64,000 nucleotides of DNA from an uncultured virus (IMG/VR IMGVR_UViG_3300050188_000002) (lineage: Duplodnaviria > Heunggongvirae > Uroviricota > Caudoviricetes). A program made the translations under genes and the position numbers. The stretch is taken from the IMG/VR virus record IMGVR_UViG_3300050188_000002; one strand, written 5' to 3'. This document shows positions 42,001-51,682 of this stretch, in pieces. The notes under the pieces were generated by a model, which was given only the letters and a program-made list of their open reading frames with translations, was not told the DNA's origin and did no database searches. The first letter of the stretch is position 1, and the number at the start of each line of letters is the position of its first letter.

Positions 42001-44001
42001 ATGGCTTCCCTCAAATTGAACTCTCATCACGCTCCGATCACTCGCAACGAACTGCTTGCTCAGCTTCGTCATCTGTCTACCAACAGTTTGGTGTCTAAGG
42101 AAGACGAATTGAAAGCTGCTGTGAAGGCTGCGAATACTCCGGAAGAAGTTGCTGAAGCCAAGGCACATTTGGCAGACTTCCGTGCTCCGGCCACGAACAT
42201 GATGAAGGTGAAGAAGGAGTTGAACGCCTTGGACGCCGAAATCGGAAGTAATCGTCCGACGAAGGCGCAGTTGGCCAAGCGTGGTGAACTTTTGGCTAAG
42301 AAAAAGGAATTGGACGGATACCTTATCCAATTTCAGAAGGAGGTTAACACCTTTTTGAATCCGGCTACTGACTTGATCCGTTTGGATGAGCGGTTGATTC
42401 TCCAAGTATTGAAAACCGGCCGTGAGTCTGTGGAATCTTCGAAGGTTGCGGCCGACAACATGATCAAAGTCATGGGACAGGCGATTGAAGCCCAGAAGAC
42501 GAAGATTTCTGACACCCAGGCTTTGATGCAGTCCGACAAGGTGAAGTCCATCAAGGATAGCTATCAGTTGATCATGGCTGATGCCCATGATTTCGTTGCC
42601 GAGTCCAACAATAAGATCGAAAAGTATCAGAAAGAATTGAAAAAAGAGTTGGAATCCTTGTCCAAAGTGAAGTTGGACGTGGTTGCCACTGCTTCGTCCG
42701 AAGAGAAGTCTTCGGCTCGTGAGGCAGCAGAGGTCAAGGTGAAAGAGTTGGAAGACGCTCGTTCGGCTGAATTGATGGCATTCGATGCTTCCAAGGTTCC
42801 GGGATATACTGAAGCCGAGAACAAGGAGACTTTCCGTCGTACCGAGATGGTTAAACACAACGAGATTGTGACCAAGAAGTACGAGAAGGATTTGAAACAG
42901 GCTCAGGAGCAACTTGGGAAGGTTATGAAAGCCGAGTATCAGGCTGCTCATGGGAAGAAGGACTTGAAGCAGGGATCAGAAACTCCTGCGGTTCAGGTTG
43001 TGAAACAGATTACCGATTACATCAACAGTGTGAAGAATGATTCTGACGAGAAGTCTATCTTCTTTGATAATCCTATGGTCTTGAAGTCTGAGTTGGTTGG
43101 TGCGAACCGTGATTTGTTGGAGAGCATTATCCCAGAGGAGTATAAGGCGAAGTTCCAAAAGGTGTTAGACACTATGGGTGCGATGCAATCGGCGTTAGAA
43201 AGCCGTGAACGTAGAGTTGCAGACGCCTATGCTCAACTTGAAGAGACTCCTGGTGCCAAGGGAGAAGTTGAAGAGTGGTTGACTTTGGACAAGGTTCTGA
43301 AGCACCAGTCGATGGTACTTGGAAAGATGATGGTAGAGAAGGAGCGTCGTGAGCGAGCCGTTAAACACGGGGTGTTCGCTGATGAGAAGCCTGTTGAAGT
43401 GAAGTCTGATTTCAATTTGTCATTGATGGATAAGTCGAAGGTTGGATACGGGTTCGATCGTTCCGGGCCTGGTATGAATGACTCGAAGTTGAAGCGTATG
43501 GAGATTCAAACTGACCTTGGGGTTGATGATCCTTTGATGATGGTGTACTTCTATGAAGGTATCAAGAAGTTGGTATCTTCTGGAAACAAGCGTTGGGTGA
43601 ACGAGAACATCATGGGAAGTTCTGGTGAGAACATCAAACGTGAGCCTAACACCGATGGCGCAAAGGACAAGGGCGACAAGAGTGGAACGTTCAATGTGGA
43701 CACCCAAAATCAAAATTACTTCTTACGCGACTTGACTGCCATCTCTGGTCGCAAGTGGTGGGATATTGGTAAGGGTAACATCTGGCGTTCCATTGCTGCA
43801 AAGGCGATGGCAGCCGGTGTGCGTGATATGGGTACCACTGGTGATCGCAGGGCTGAGTTGGTTGACCAGTTGGAAGCCAACACCGTTATTCATCGCAAGG
43901 ATAAGTCTCCTGAAGAAGTTGCTAGGTTGAATGACGAGCGCGAGCGTCTTCAGAAGGCATTGGTGGTCATTGACGCTGGTGCAAACCGCAAGGGCATGTA
44001 A
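42001..44001 (+). CDS. large coiled-coil protein, possibly a late virion/internal protein
   Basis: 666 aa, K/E/A-rich; GATAAATA at 41961; terminator hairpins on both sides. Confidence 0.7.
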   Translation: MASLKLNSHHAPITRNELLAQLRHLSTNSLVSKEDELKAAVKAANTPEEVAEAKAHLADFRAPATNMMKVKKELNALDAEIGSNRPTKAQLAKRGELLAKKKELDGYLIQFQKEVNTFLNPATDLIRLDERLILQVLKTGRESVESSKVAADNMIKVMGQAIEAQKTKISDTQALMQSDKVKSIKDSYQLIMADAHDFVAESNNKIEKYQKELKKELESLSKVKLDVVATASSEEKSSAREAAEVKVKELEDARSAELMAFDASKVPGYTEAENKETFRRTEMVKHNEIVTKKYEKDLKQAQEQLGKVMKAEYQAAHGKKDLKQGSETPAVQVVKQITDYINSVKNDSDEKSIFFDNPMVLKSELVGANRDLLESIIPEEYKAKFQKVLDTMGAMQSALESRERRVADAYAQLEETPGAKGEVEEWLTLDKVLKHQSMVLGKMMVEKERRERAVKHGVFADEKPVEVKSDFNLSLMDKSKVGYGFDRSGPGMNDSKLKRMEIQTDLGVDDPLMMVYFYEGIKKLVSSGNKRWVNENIMGSSGENIKREPNTDGAKDKGDKSGTFNVDTQNQNYFLRDLTAISGRKWWDIGKGNIWRSIAAKAMAAGVRDMGTTGDRRAELVDQLEANTVIHRKDKSPEEVARLNDERERLQKALVVIDAGANRKGM

Positions 44002-44065
44002 GAAACAAACTTTTGAAACAACCTTAGGAAACTGGGGTTGTTTTCTTTTAGAAAGGAGGTGTTCA

Positions 44066-44335
44066 ATGGTTGGCGAATATCAGAAGTATGTCAGTGATGC
44101 CAAGAAGTTGTTGAACGTTCTTCCTCCCGGATATAGAGAACGCGCCTTAGCGAACTTCAACAATGATGGTTGTGTTAGGAGATTCTTTCGTGATGGTATG
44201 TGTATAAGAAAAAGTCGGGTAATCAATGACACAATCTGCTGGGATAAAACACCAGAAGGCATCGGTTTTTGGCATTCGGTACACTCTCATGTTGAAACAA
44301 ATGGCAGTAGACCTCTTCCACCTTTACCCAAATGA
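44066..44335 (+). CDS. hypothetical protein, paralogue family A
   Basis: LP.GYRE.A..NF...W...EG..FW..V...PLPPLP. Confidence 0.7.
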   Translation: MVGEYQKYVSDAKKLLNVLPPGYRERALANFNNDGCVRRFFRDGMCIRKSRVINDTICWDKTPEGIGFWHSVHSHVETNGSRPLPPLPK

Positions 44336-44760
44336 CACACACATCCAAGCCAGTTGTTTTTAGAGAGCATTGGCACACGGTCTTGGATAGACTGGACATG
44401 TCAAAGGAGTATCGAACGGAGGACAAGTTCGATGGGTTGAAAGCAGAATGGGAGGCAGTGTATGAGAAGATGTATTATTCTACGTTGAATCTGACGACGG
44501 CAATTGAAACCTCTTTCATTGATGTGATGGCTGCAAGGATTCCCGGATTGGAATCCTCTCACAAAGAGATTAGAAAGGTGTATGAATCTGTGAACAATCG
44601 CATCAAGAATTTCAATGATATGATTGTGTTTGAGTGGTATAAGAATTTGTCTGATGGCAATTTCATGGTAGGAGAAGAATGCGATTTTGTAAAGCCTTAT
44701 GGATGGACGGATGTCAACGGGTTTAACAAGGGGTTCAAGCCTATTCTAGAGGAGGTTTAA
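44332..44760 (+). CDS. hypothetical protein
   Basis: 142-aa coupled ORF. Confidence 0.65.
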   Translation: MTHTSKPVVFREHWHTVLDRLDMSKEYRTEDKFDGLKAEWEAVYEKMYYSTLNLTTAIETSFIDVMAARIPGLESSHKEIRKVYESVNNRIKNFNDMIVFEWYKNLSDGNFMVGEECDFVKPYGWTDVNGFNKGFKPILEEV

Positions 44761-44761
44761 G

Positions 44762-45063
44762 ATGGCAGGCGAATATCAAACCGCTTACAGTAAAATTCGC
44801 AAGCATTTACAACTCCTTCCTGATGGATATCGAGAACTGGCATTAAAGAATTTCGAGGCTGCTAAGAATGGTAAAAGAGTTAAGTGTGGGGCCAGTGAAT
44901 TCCTTAAAAAATGAAAGGATTGCCATTACATCAGGTGATTGCCGAATCTATTAATTATGGGTTTGAATGGTACAATGATGCCGAAGGTTCGGAGTTTTGG
45001 AGCAAGGTATATGAACACTTCATCTCCAATGAAATTAGACCTCTTCCTCAATTACCAACGTAA
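44762..45063 (+). pseudogene. paralogue family A member, frameshifted at A6 run 44906-44911
   Basis: MAGEYQ...LPDGYRELALKNF then, in the -1 frame, ...EGSEFWSKV...PLPQLPT. Confidence 0.65.
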
Positions 45064-45065
45064 CA

Positions 45066-45356
45066 ATGTCAAGAATACTTTCCAAGAAAGAGATTGAGTC
45101 AAAGGAAGAGTATTGGAATTCTGTTCATTCCAGTTGCCCACTAGATAGATGGTATTGTGGAGGAACGGATGGAACGGATCAATACGAAGTTGTGTTCGAA
45201 AAGCAATGTGAGGATGGTCTGATGGCAAGTTATTGGGGTAGACATACGGGTCATTGCTTCGGGTTCGATGGTAAGGACAAGCACGAAGAGGCTATCGAAC
45301 TCATCAAATCCAGACATGGGTTGAAAATCAATATCATTAAATGTACCTATTGTTGA
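45066..45356 (+). CDS. hypothetical protein
   Basis: 96-aa ORF. Confidence 0.6.
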   Translation: MSRILSKKEIESKEEYWNSVHSSCPLDRWYCGGTDGTDQYEVVFEKQCEDGLMASYWGRHTGHCFGFDGKDKHEEAIELIKSRHGLKINIIKCTYC

Positions 45357-45380
45357 CACCTCTCACAAAGTGTGTATAAT
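45353..45380 (+). promoter_or_regulatory. consensus sigma70-type promoter
   Basis: TTGACA-16nt-TATAAT. Confidence 0.75.
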
Positions 45381-45389
45381 GATTGGTTA

Positions 45390-45690
45390 CAATTTGGAAG
45401 AACAGGTTTAATCTTTCTACTATAGCCTGACACTAACGAGAGTAGTTGTGTAAAAAATCTAGAAACAAAGGTCTGTATCAACGACTATTCCAGTAATGGG
45501 ATTTCAGGGCTAATGTAAAACCGAGGCATTAGGATACACCTCTATCGAGACCACAAACAAATCCAAGCTCTGTCCATCCTGACAACTTTGGTCCTGGAAC
45601 CCTTAAATGGGTTTGTGTAGATAGACTCTCAGCATCATCAATTCTTTCTTCCAATACAAACAACTGATGCTAAGCCCTTTTCCAGGGTAG
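45390..45690 (+). ncRNA. candidate structured ncRNA
   Basis: No ORF, own promoter, long-range and nested helices (see findings). Confidence 0.45.
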
Positions 45691-46171
45691 TGGAGCTCGG
45701 TATGGACTTTATCAGAATAGTGTTCATAGTCAGTATGCTTCCCACAAGTGTTATGGGGATGCATTACTTTGGACTTCCTTTGCTCACAAGATTAGATGAC
45801 TTTTTAACAAACCGATGAACGCCAATACTTTTTACATGGTCAGGTTCCAGCCTGATATTTTCAACCTTTTCTTGGAGATGTGTTTATGATTTTCCCTGCC
45901 ATTCTTGGGACTATCCTTTTGCTAACTGGTGGTTTGATGGATTTCGTCAAGCATTATACAAGTGCTGAAGACCATCCGTTCAAGTTGTTGGGTTGGATGT
46001 GTTTCGATATCGTCATGTTCGCGGTTCCGATTATGTGTATATGGAGTCTATACCTTAATGTAAAGGATTAAATCCCATGCCTCAAGAATGCAGTTGTGAG
46101 GTTTCCGATTCCGTCATTGGTCGATTTACCCTTGCAGGTAATATCCTTCTCAAGTACCCAAAGGAGAAATA

Positions 46172-46552
46172 ATGGGACGCATCCTCATCCTCGAAGACGA
46201 TCCGAACCGGATGGAAAAATTCCACAAACGGTTCAAGAACGACACGGTTATTCACCACGACAACGCAGTAGGATTCATCAAGGAGTTCGATAAGGACGAG
46301 AAGTATGATGCAACCTTCTTGGATCACGATCTCGGAGGTGAGACGTATGTATCTTCCGCTGATCAGAACACCGGGTCTGAGGTTGTGAGACACATGGTAC
46401 AAGCAACGAAGATGGACAAAGGGTTCGCAGATCGTTTCGGAATCGTTGTAGTCCACTCCTTGAATGTGAACGAGGCTCCGAATATGTTGCATGATTTGGT
46501 CCAAGCCGGGTTCGATGCTTGCAGAGTTCCGTTCACTGCTATGAAGTTTTGA
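46172..46552 (+). CDS. stand-alone receiver-like domain (cyclic-phosphate-processing receiver type)
   Basis: ILILEDD, FLDHDLG, TG, VVHSLN. Confidence 0.7.
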   Translation: MGRILILEDDPNRMEKFHKRFKNDTVIHHDNAVGFIKEFDKDEKYDATFLDHDLGGETYVSSADQNTGSEVVRHMVQATKMDKGFADRFGIVVVHSLNVNEAPNMLHDLVQAGFDACRVPFTAMKF

Positions 46553-46572
46553 TAAGCGGCGAAATAAAAGTT

Positions 46573-46654
46573 GGGTTGCTGACCGGAGATGGTATCGGAA
46601 CACGCTGTAAACGTGTTGCTTTTAAGCATGGAGGATTCGAGCGCCTCGCAGCCA
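46573..46654 (+). tRNA. tRNA-Tyr(GTA), somewhat non-canonical
   Basis: ACACG-CTGTAAA-CGTGT anticodon arm, long variable arm; mismatches in the T-arm and acceptor. Confidence 0.7.
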
Positions 46655-46673
46655 TTTAAAAAGGAGTCGTTAT

Positions 46674-47000
46674 ATGCCGCGTCAAAAGACTGGTGATATT
46701 CAGAAGGCCGATCGGTTGGTTCGTAAGTTACTGAATAAACTCCCTGTGAGATATCGTCAATTAGCAATCGCTAATTTCGATTCGGATTGTGGGAAGCAAT
46801 ACGTTGGAGAAAATAGAGGTAACCGGTATATTGCTCTTGGTGCTTCTGAGATCTTGAAAAAGGTTCGAAGCCCAGCTGACGCGTTAGACTGGGCGTTTTT
46901 ATGGAATCATAGCAATGAGGGCTCAGCGTTTTGGAGTTCAGTGATTGAAGGTCTCAGAAGTGGAGGCCCTCTTCCTCCTCTCCCTTCCTCAACTCTATAA
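46674..47000 (+). CDS. hypothetical protein, paralogue family A
   Basis: LPVRYRQLAIANF...EGSAFWSSV...PLPPLP. Confidence 0.7.
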   Translation: MPRQKTGDIQKADRLVRKLLNKLPVRYRQLAIANFDSDCGKQYVGENRGNRYIALGASEILKKVRSPADALDWAFLWNHSNEGSAFWSSVIEGLRSGGPLPPLPSSTL

Positions 47001-47803
47001 GAAAAAAAACAATAAAGGAGACTCCAATGACCTAGAGTCATCCATAAAAGTGATTCTTTCACAGCTGCCTTACAAGGCACCTAAAGAAGACCTCGTGTTA
47101 CCATACTACGAATCGCGTTTTATCCGTAATGGATGACCCAACAAATGTGTGGCCCCCAGCGCTATAGACAGAAAGAGGTTCTCTATGTGATTAACTAATA
47201 TTGGAGATGGACTATTCTACTTTGTCGGTTTATGTTTAACCGATGACTATGTCTTGTGTTGGATATGTAATCCTAACAAGAAGAGTTGTGCACGATTCGC
47301 GGTAAACACAACTTTAACTCCGATCGCGGAAGACCTGTGACGTGGTTGTTACAGGCTTTAAAAGTTCTTATCTTTATAAGATAAGAGATACACCTGCCAT
47401 GGCGGTTACTAGGAAGTCTTTAACCATGGTATTCTGATGAATCCTAGTGAGACGGTGCATACAAAACTGCGTATGATGCCCTGAGGTTGTAAAAGAGCCT
47501 CAAATCTACCCATAAGCCTCAGCAGGGAGGCATTCTACATCACATCGCTGGCTCAAGATAGCCCTAAGATGCACATCAAAGTGTATCAAAGCCCTTTTCA
47601 AAGGGGTTATGTGGTGTTGCGAAATGTCGTGTTGCGAAATGTCGTGTCAGTACCAAAAACTGACAGGGACAGTGGACTTGTATTTCTATTTCTATTTCTA
47701 TTTCTATAGAACACAATGATAATGAGAGATTTGGTTACTTACAAGTTCAACCGATATTCGACGATCGGTTTCGCTATCTTCCTTTAAATTTTAAGGATAA
47801 GTC

Positions 47804-48493
47804 ATGCCTGCTAATTCAGTTCATACATCTCCTATCGGACCCGGTATTTGGATCGGTATCGAAAACGAGTTGCGTAACAAGGAGTCAGAATCAACTATAC
47901 CACTTGGTTGGTTATGCGCCAAGAGGGAAGCATGTCATAATGCCGATATGATTGTGCGCGACTGTGGACATCTGGTTAAGACGGATGGATCTCTGGATGA
48001 TTATGACAGGGAGTTTGTTACGCATCCGTTCCAGATGCCCAAGTTCAAAAATGTGTGTGAGATGTTTTCTAAACTTGGAGAACACTTTTATGCTCCCGAT
48101 CACATTATTGCTAATGCGAAGCATCATATTTGGTATGGGTTGCATGTGACAGTGAGTGGAATTCCTTATGATAAGGTTGATTTGAAGAACTTCGTTTGTA
48201 ATCATAAGACGAAGATCGAACAGATAGCCGGACGTGAAGAGAATCATTACTGTGAGTATGTTTCATCAATTCACATTAGAGGTGCTGTGAATTATCGGTC
48301 TAACGGTAGTGTTGAATTCCGCATGTTTCATGCCACGGTTAAGACTCACATGTTGAAGGTACGAGTTCAAATGGCCATTGCACTCATGAAGTATCATAAG
48401 AGTCTCACATGGGGGTTGTTTGTGAGAGAAGTGAGTGGTGACCCGATGTTGAAGGATTTGAATAGGTTCATTCAAGAAAGGAGAATTCTATGA
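47804..48493 (+). CDS. putative amidoligase (COOH-NH2 ligase)
   Basis: IGIENE, KTDGSL, EFVTHP, GLHVTVS, AVN, VEFRMF. Confidence 0.7.
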   Translation: MPANSVHTSPIGPGIWIGIENELRNKESESTIPLGWLCAKREACHNADMIVRDCGHLVKTDGSLDDYDREFVTHPFQMPKFKNVCEMFSKLGEHFYAPDHIIANAKHHIWYGLHVTVSGIPYDKVDLKNFVCNHKTKIEQIAGREENHYCEYVSSIHIRGAVNYRSNGSVEFRMFHATVKTHMLKVRVQMAIALMKYHKSLTWGLFVREVSGDPMLKDLNRFIQERRIL

Positions 48494-48938
48494 TCGGATC
48501 TGGTCTATTCGACGTTCTGATGGTTCTTACCGGAATCGCCGGATTCATCCTTTTGTGGGGTGGGGTGGTTTATATTGTATCTTCAATGGTAATAACAAGT
48601 TGTGTAAGGTTAAAATCTTTATCAAGGTTGTTGTTTGGATTTCTGTTATTGGTGGTGACATCGGACTTTTCGTGTGTTGGAATTCTATTCGTAAAGAATG
48701 TGAAGCAAAAGAGAATGCTGAGGCTGCCGTTGCGAAAAAAGAATCAGATGCTTATTACTGGGCCCATGCTTTCGATAATGATGTTGTAATCATATCTGGT
48801 AATGATACAGGATATGTTGCAGAAATGAGTTCGTGTTATGTGTCGCACGGTTATGAGTGCCAAGGTGGAGCCGGAGTTAGTGTAGATAAACACGGGTGGC
48901 AAACTATCGTTCAAACCATGGTTCGTAAAAAGAAATAA
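48490..48938 (+). CDS. membrane protein, possibly one gene with a -1 frame offset near 48550
   Basis: The RBS-bearing ORF at 48490 overlaps a start-poor ORF at 48555 that reads to 48938. Confidence 0.45.
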
Positions 48939-48949
48939 AGGATAATAAA

Positions 48950-49517
48950 ATGTGTCGCAAATTCCCATTCACGATATCACAAACATTGTCAATCTTGATT
49001 GTCATTGGAATTTTTGGTTTGGGAGCTTCTGTATCTCATTCCATATTATCCAAACCGCCCAAACCGAAAGAACCACCACATTGGGTAGTTTGTTATGTCC
49101 CAATGACAGATGAGGAAAGGGACAGAGTTAAAGAGAGATGTAATGATTATTCGAATAAAAATAGAGGATGTCCTGCACACCCACCATTGTATTACGAATC
49201 TTGTTGCATACCAACTGCATGGGAAATCGACTCTGACGGTAATAAGACTGGCCGATGGAAGCCGGTTCAAAACGTGTTAGAGTCCGATAAAGACAAGATT
49301 GTTGCCCCCAATTTGGTAAAGGAGTAATCCTATGTGGTTATCCAAGTATCCGAATGATTATGATAGCATTGTCTTAGGAATTCTTATAGGAGCAACCATC
49401 ACTGTGATGGTATTTTATATGTTTGGTTGTACAAGTATTAAGTACGATCGGATGTATATGTACAACGATGAGTCCGGAAAGCGTCCTGTTGTTGGTGTTA
49501 GGTTCAACGTGAATTAA
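48950..49517 (+). CDS. two small membrane-anchored proteins (48950-49327, 49332-49517)
   Basis: N-terminal TM helices, RBS. Confidence 0.55.
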
Positions 49518-49675
49518 AAGAGGATATGCACATGGACGTGCTAATTGTCTTAGTCGTAGGAGTTGGATTCCCCCTTACAGGCTTGATTGTGAGCCTCTTC
49601 TCAAAGGATCAAAAGATGCAAAATCACGCTGATACTGAATGGTTGGAGTGGTTCTTTAAAGGAAAGTAACCAGTC

Positions 49676-50146
49676 ATGTCTAAATCGTCAAACATCAAAA
49701 CCCATCATCTTGTTGTACAACCTTTAGTATGGAAAAGTTGTATTGTGCAGGCTGATGTTAGACTTAGTATTTTGAAGAAGTATAGAAATAGGTTTGAAAT
49801 TCAGACAAACTTTGTCAAAACCACTGGCAACGGTTTGGGTTTGACAGTTACGTGGGACCCTAAGAAGTTCCACTCGGCATGGACCACGTGCAAGGATTTC
49901 GCGAGTATTAGAGGTACTGATGTTTTCGGGTACTTTGTCACAAGGTCTGCGGTTGACATCGAAAGCCCACTCCAAGGTATAGAGATGTCTATGACATTCA
50001 CATATGGTAGGTATTATGCGAATGAGCCTTGTGAGCACTTCACTCCATTATTTGATAAGGATTACAAACTAAGAGGGTTTGAATACACTTTTATGGATCT
50101 TGGTGTAAGACTCATGGACCACATCAACACCCATAAAATCAATTGA
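49676..50146 (+). CDS. hypothetical protein, paralogue family B
   Basis: HH.V...W...V.WD...FG.F...EM..TF...TPL.DK.YKL.G..YT.MD.GV shared with 51137-51621. Confidence 0.7.
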   Translation: MSKSSNIKTHHLVVQPLVWKSCIVQADVRLSILKKYRNRFEIQTNFVKTTGNGLGLTVTWDPKKFHSAWTTCKDFASIRGTDVFGYFVTRSAVDIESPLQGIEMSMTFTYGRYYANEPCEHFTPLFDKDYKLRGFEYTFMDLGVRLMDHINTHKIN

Positions 50147-50155
50147 ACGGAGTAT

Positions 50156-50344
50156 ATGCCAAACGAAGAAGGATCTGAAATTGAATTAGAGTTGTCTGAT
50201 AGGTCTAACAGGTGTATCAAGTGTAATACAGCATCTGCAAATGAACCTAGACCATGTCCTTACAAAGCGGAAATTAGTGGCAATTATACTTCTTTGTGTA
50301 ACTGTTGTTCTAGTTGTAGGCATGAATGTGCAATGGATATCTAA
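50156..50344 (+). CDS. small Cys-rich protein
   Basis: CIKC...CPY..EI...CNCC..C..EC..DI. Confidence 0.65.
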   Translation: MPNEEGSEIELELSDRSNRCIKCNTASANEPRPCPYKAEISGNYTSLCNCCSSCRHECAMDI

Positions 50345-50399
50345 TTGGCCTCCCTTGACACCTTGGGTATGAAGTCCGTTCGATGCGGATGAATTAGGT

Positions 50400-50665
50400 G
50401 AAATCAGCTTTAGGGTCAACCCCTAGAGGTGGTGTTCTGCAATATAAGTCGTTCTCTTTACGACTATGTGTGGAATCACATATCACTCCTGTCTAAAACT
50501 ATATGACAGGCAGTAGGAAATAGTTTGAAGCATCTTAAGCGATGTAGAACCCTAAAGCCGAGTCTGACACTGGTGCCATCTCTATGAGGAAGGCGGTGTC
50601 GGATAGTCCTTGTTTGATAAGGTTTGCTCCACTCGGATGATATCATCTCACGTTGAAATGGTTTC
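50400..50665 (+). ncRNA. candidate structured ncRNA with pseudoknot
   Basis: Perfect 10-bp long-range helix and many hairpins, no credible ORF (see findings). Confidence 0.5.
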
Positions 50666-50687
50666 TTAAGCGTTTCTAATAAACAGA

Positions 50688-50715
50688 TTGACAATATTGT
50701 TCTGAGATGTACAAT
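50688..50715 (+). promoter_or_regulatory. sigma70-type promoter upstream of tRNA pair
   Basis: TTGACA-16nt-TACAAT. Confidence 0.7.
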
Positions 50716-50802
50716 GTTGAAAGCGGTAAAAGCCGTGTGTGACTTCTTGTGAATCGTGTGTGATGCGCGAATAGAAAAGAAGTCTATGAAACGCTTTTTG
50801 TA

Positions 50803-50876
50803 GGGCCATTAGTTTAGCGGTCAAAAACGGAGAACTCATAATTCTTTTATCCTTGGTTCGAATCCAAGATGGCCCA
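50803..50876 (+). tRNA. tRNA with CAT anticodon, probably tRNA-Ile2 (lysidine)
   Basis: Cloverleaf, CTCATAA loop; C4:G69 and C5:G68 pairs (TilS determinants in E. coli); tilS in window. Confidence 0.85.
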
Positions 50877-51010
50877 TGTGTTTATATATGTTATAATGGT
50901 TTAACCAACGTCGTACTACTGGTTGACAAACGTTATATTGCTTTGCTATGTTCTTATTTATCTCGTATATCGGTTTTCGAATCTTTTTACCCGCACAATG
51001 ATTTTTATCC

Positions 51011-51084
51011 CCGCTCATAGCTCAGTGGTCGAGAGCAGGATGCTCATAACATCTTGGTCCTTGGTTCGAATCCAAGTGGGCGGA
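51011..51084 (+). tRNA. tRNA with CAT anticodon (Met or Ile2)
   Basis: CCGCTCA...GGATG-CTCATAA-CATCT...GGTTCGAATCC...TGGGCGG-A. Confidence 0.88.
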
Positions 51085-51136
51085 TAATACTGTAATCTCT
51101 GCTTTAGAGTCTTTTCGCGCCCATAAGGAAAATACG

Positions 51137-51621
51137 ATGAACGATTTTCTGTTCAAGGTTAAACGTCATCATATTGTAGCAGGAAGTGTTACTTGGAAAA
51201 GAAGACATGTGATATCTGGCGATGTATATCTGGATATTTCGAACTCAAAACGCAAGAAGTTTCCTGTTAAAATTGAACTATTAACAACTACTTCTGATGC
51301 TTTGGAATTAGAAGTGAAGTGGGACTTCGAAGACTTTGGCGCAGGATGGACGTTTCGAGTTGAGCCTGCGAGTCTTAGAGGACCAAAGGGTGATGACTTA
51401 GAGATGACTTAGAGATATTCGGATTCTTTTGTATGAGAGATACAAAAGATGTAGATCCTTCATTGTTGGCCGTTGAGATGTTTTTGACCTTTCCCAAAGG
51501 ATTAGTCAAATCACCAATGGAATATCACACCCCATTGTATGATAAGGGTTATAAACTTTGTGGGGTTCGGTATACGATTATGGATATCGGAGTTGAACAA
51601 TCATGCACGGCAAGGATATAG
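51137..51621 (+). pseudogene. paralogue family B member split by an 11-bp tandem duplication
   Basis: GATGACTTAGA x2 at 51392-51413; removing one copy gives DDLEIFGFFCMRD, collinear with 49676-50146. Confidence 0.7.
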
Positions 51622-51682
51622 AAGATCTAAAATAGTTATAATTGAAAAGAGATAAAAATGTCTGACTCCATTATTCTGAACC

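Noticed and set aside
47027..47047. TAG stop-codon reassignment suggested by ATG-ACC-TAG and a CTA-containing tRNA-like loop
   Set aside because: A TAA follows three codons after the TAG, long genes are intact under the standard code, and TAG ends genes cleanly (e.g. 52349).
50340..50398. Possible tRNA-Pro(TGG)
   Set aside because: Only a T-arm and partial acceptor pairing; D and anticodon stems do not form.
45470..50610. Group I intron calls for the two structured regions (ACGACTA, ATAGTCC motifs)
   Set aside because: No interrupted host gene, and I could not build a complete P3-P7 core; kept only as unassigned ncRNA candidates.
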